From positions 2,220,001 to 2,252,000 of the forward strand of contig NZ_CP088239.1 in assembly GCF_021054785.1 (NCBI RefSeq): DNA of 32,000 bases, read 5' to 3'. The stretch's first letter is position 1; the number at the start of each line of letters is the position of its first letter. Below, in pieces: positions 27,646 to 32,000 of this stretch. This stretch comes from Tannockella kyphosi (GTDB taxonomy: Bacteria; Bacillota_I; Bacilli_A; Erysipelotrichales; Coprobacillaceae). Both the position numbers and the translations under genes were made by a program. The notes beneath the pieces were generated by a model. That model saw only the letters and a list, made by a program, of their open reading frames with translations. It was not told the origin of the DNA and made no database searches.

Positions 27646-27742
27646 AAACAGAAAAACTAAGAATTAAAAACACAACGTCAATATCCAAAAGGATAAAAAA
27701 CAAAAGCAAAAGAGCTAGAAAACAACGAAGTTGTTTACATAA

Positions 27743-29270
<1,528 letters not shown>

Positions 29271-29353
29271 AGGAGTAAAACAAAAAACAAGGTAGTAACC
29301 AAAGTTGTGAATTCGAAAAATTTCTGTTTAGTTTTGAGTGAAACTCTCACTCA

Positions 29354-29370
29354 AGAGATCATTGAAAACT
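29354..29370 (+). promoter_or_regulatory. boxA-like element in the 16S-23S spacer
   Basis: agagatcattgaaaact, a second copy of the leader motif. Confidence 0.5.
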
Positions 29371-29589
29371 GGATAACAAATTGCGAAATAGATTAGAAAA
29401 AGAGATCGAAAGATTAAAACCAGAATAATTAATAAATTAAGAATTGTGGTCTTTCTAGTTTAAGTCGAAAAAACTAAGATTATTATTAAAAAAGACACCA
29501 AAAAATACGAACGTATAAATAGTCAAAAAAAATAGTAACTCAAGCAAACAAAAAACAAAAAAAATGTACGAAAGTACAACACACCAATA

Positions 29590-32000
<2,411 letters not shown>

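Noticed and set aside
27390-27742. A-rich repetitive-looking tract upstream of 16S, checked for CRISPR or tandem-repeat structure
   Set aside because: It shows no regular repeat/spacer periodicity. It is better explained as the rrn promoter/UP-element and leader region.
29271-29589. 16S-23S spacer, checked for tRNA-Ile/tRNA-Ala genes
   Set aside because: No acceptor or T-arm (GGTTCGA-type) signatures were found. The spacer is A-rich and has only short hairpins.

Overview
Low-GC Bacillota chromosome segment. From memory, the 16S signatures resemble Erysipelotrichales/Coprobacillaceae; no database search was possible. Nearly every gene is on the + strand. Gene order: ilvD (3' fragment)-ilvB-thioesterase | a ~650-bp XRE-regulator cassette bracketed by a 33-nt direct repeat that duplicates the thioesterase 3' end and terminator | a visibly AT-richer GT2-GT2-Wzx glycan module | yitT | rhodanese (-) | pgk-tpiA | rplK-rplA-rplJ-rplL-methyltransferase-rpoB-rpoC | an ISL3-family insertion (-) between the rpoC terminator and the rpsL promoter | rpsL-rpsG-fusA-tuf | an orphan PTS EIIA gene | an rrn operon (two promoters, 16S, tRNA-less spacer, first ~2.4 kb of 23S). 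I found no CRISPR array, no tRNA and no convincing multi-gene defence or novel-system locus; most of the window is core translation/transcription machinery. Main points for follow-up: (1) the IS carries six IR-like repeats, a poly-T target duplication and an RBS-sequestering hairpin; (2) the att-like duplicated terminator around the XRE cassette, with a possible decayed toxin remnant; (3) a duplicated hairpin motif with compensatory stem changes directly upstream of both rplK and rplA, a candidate L1 autoregulatory site; (4) Asn at the rifampicin-critical His position of RpoB, and a shortened Pro-rich loop in L11.
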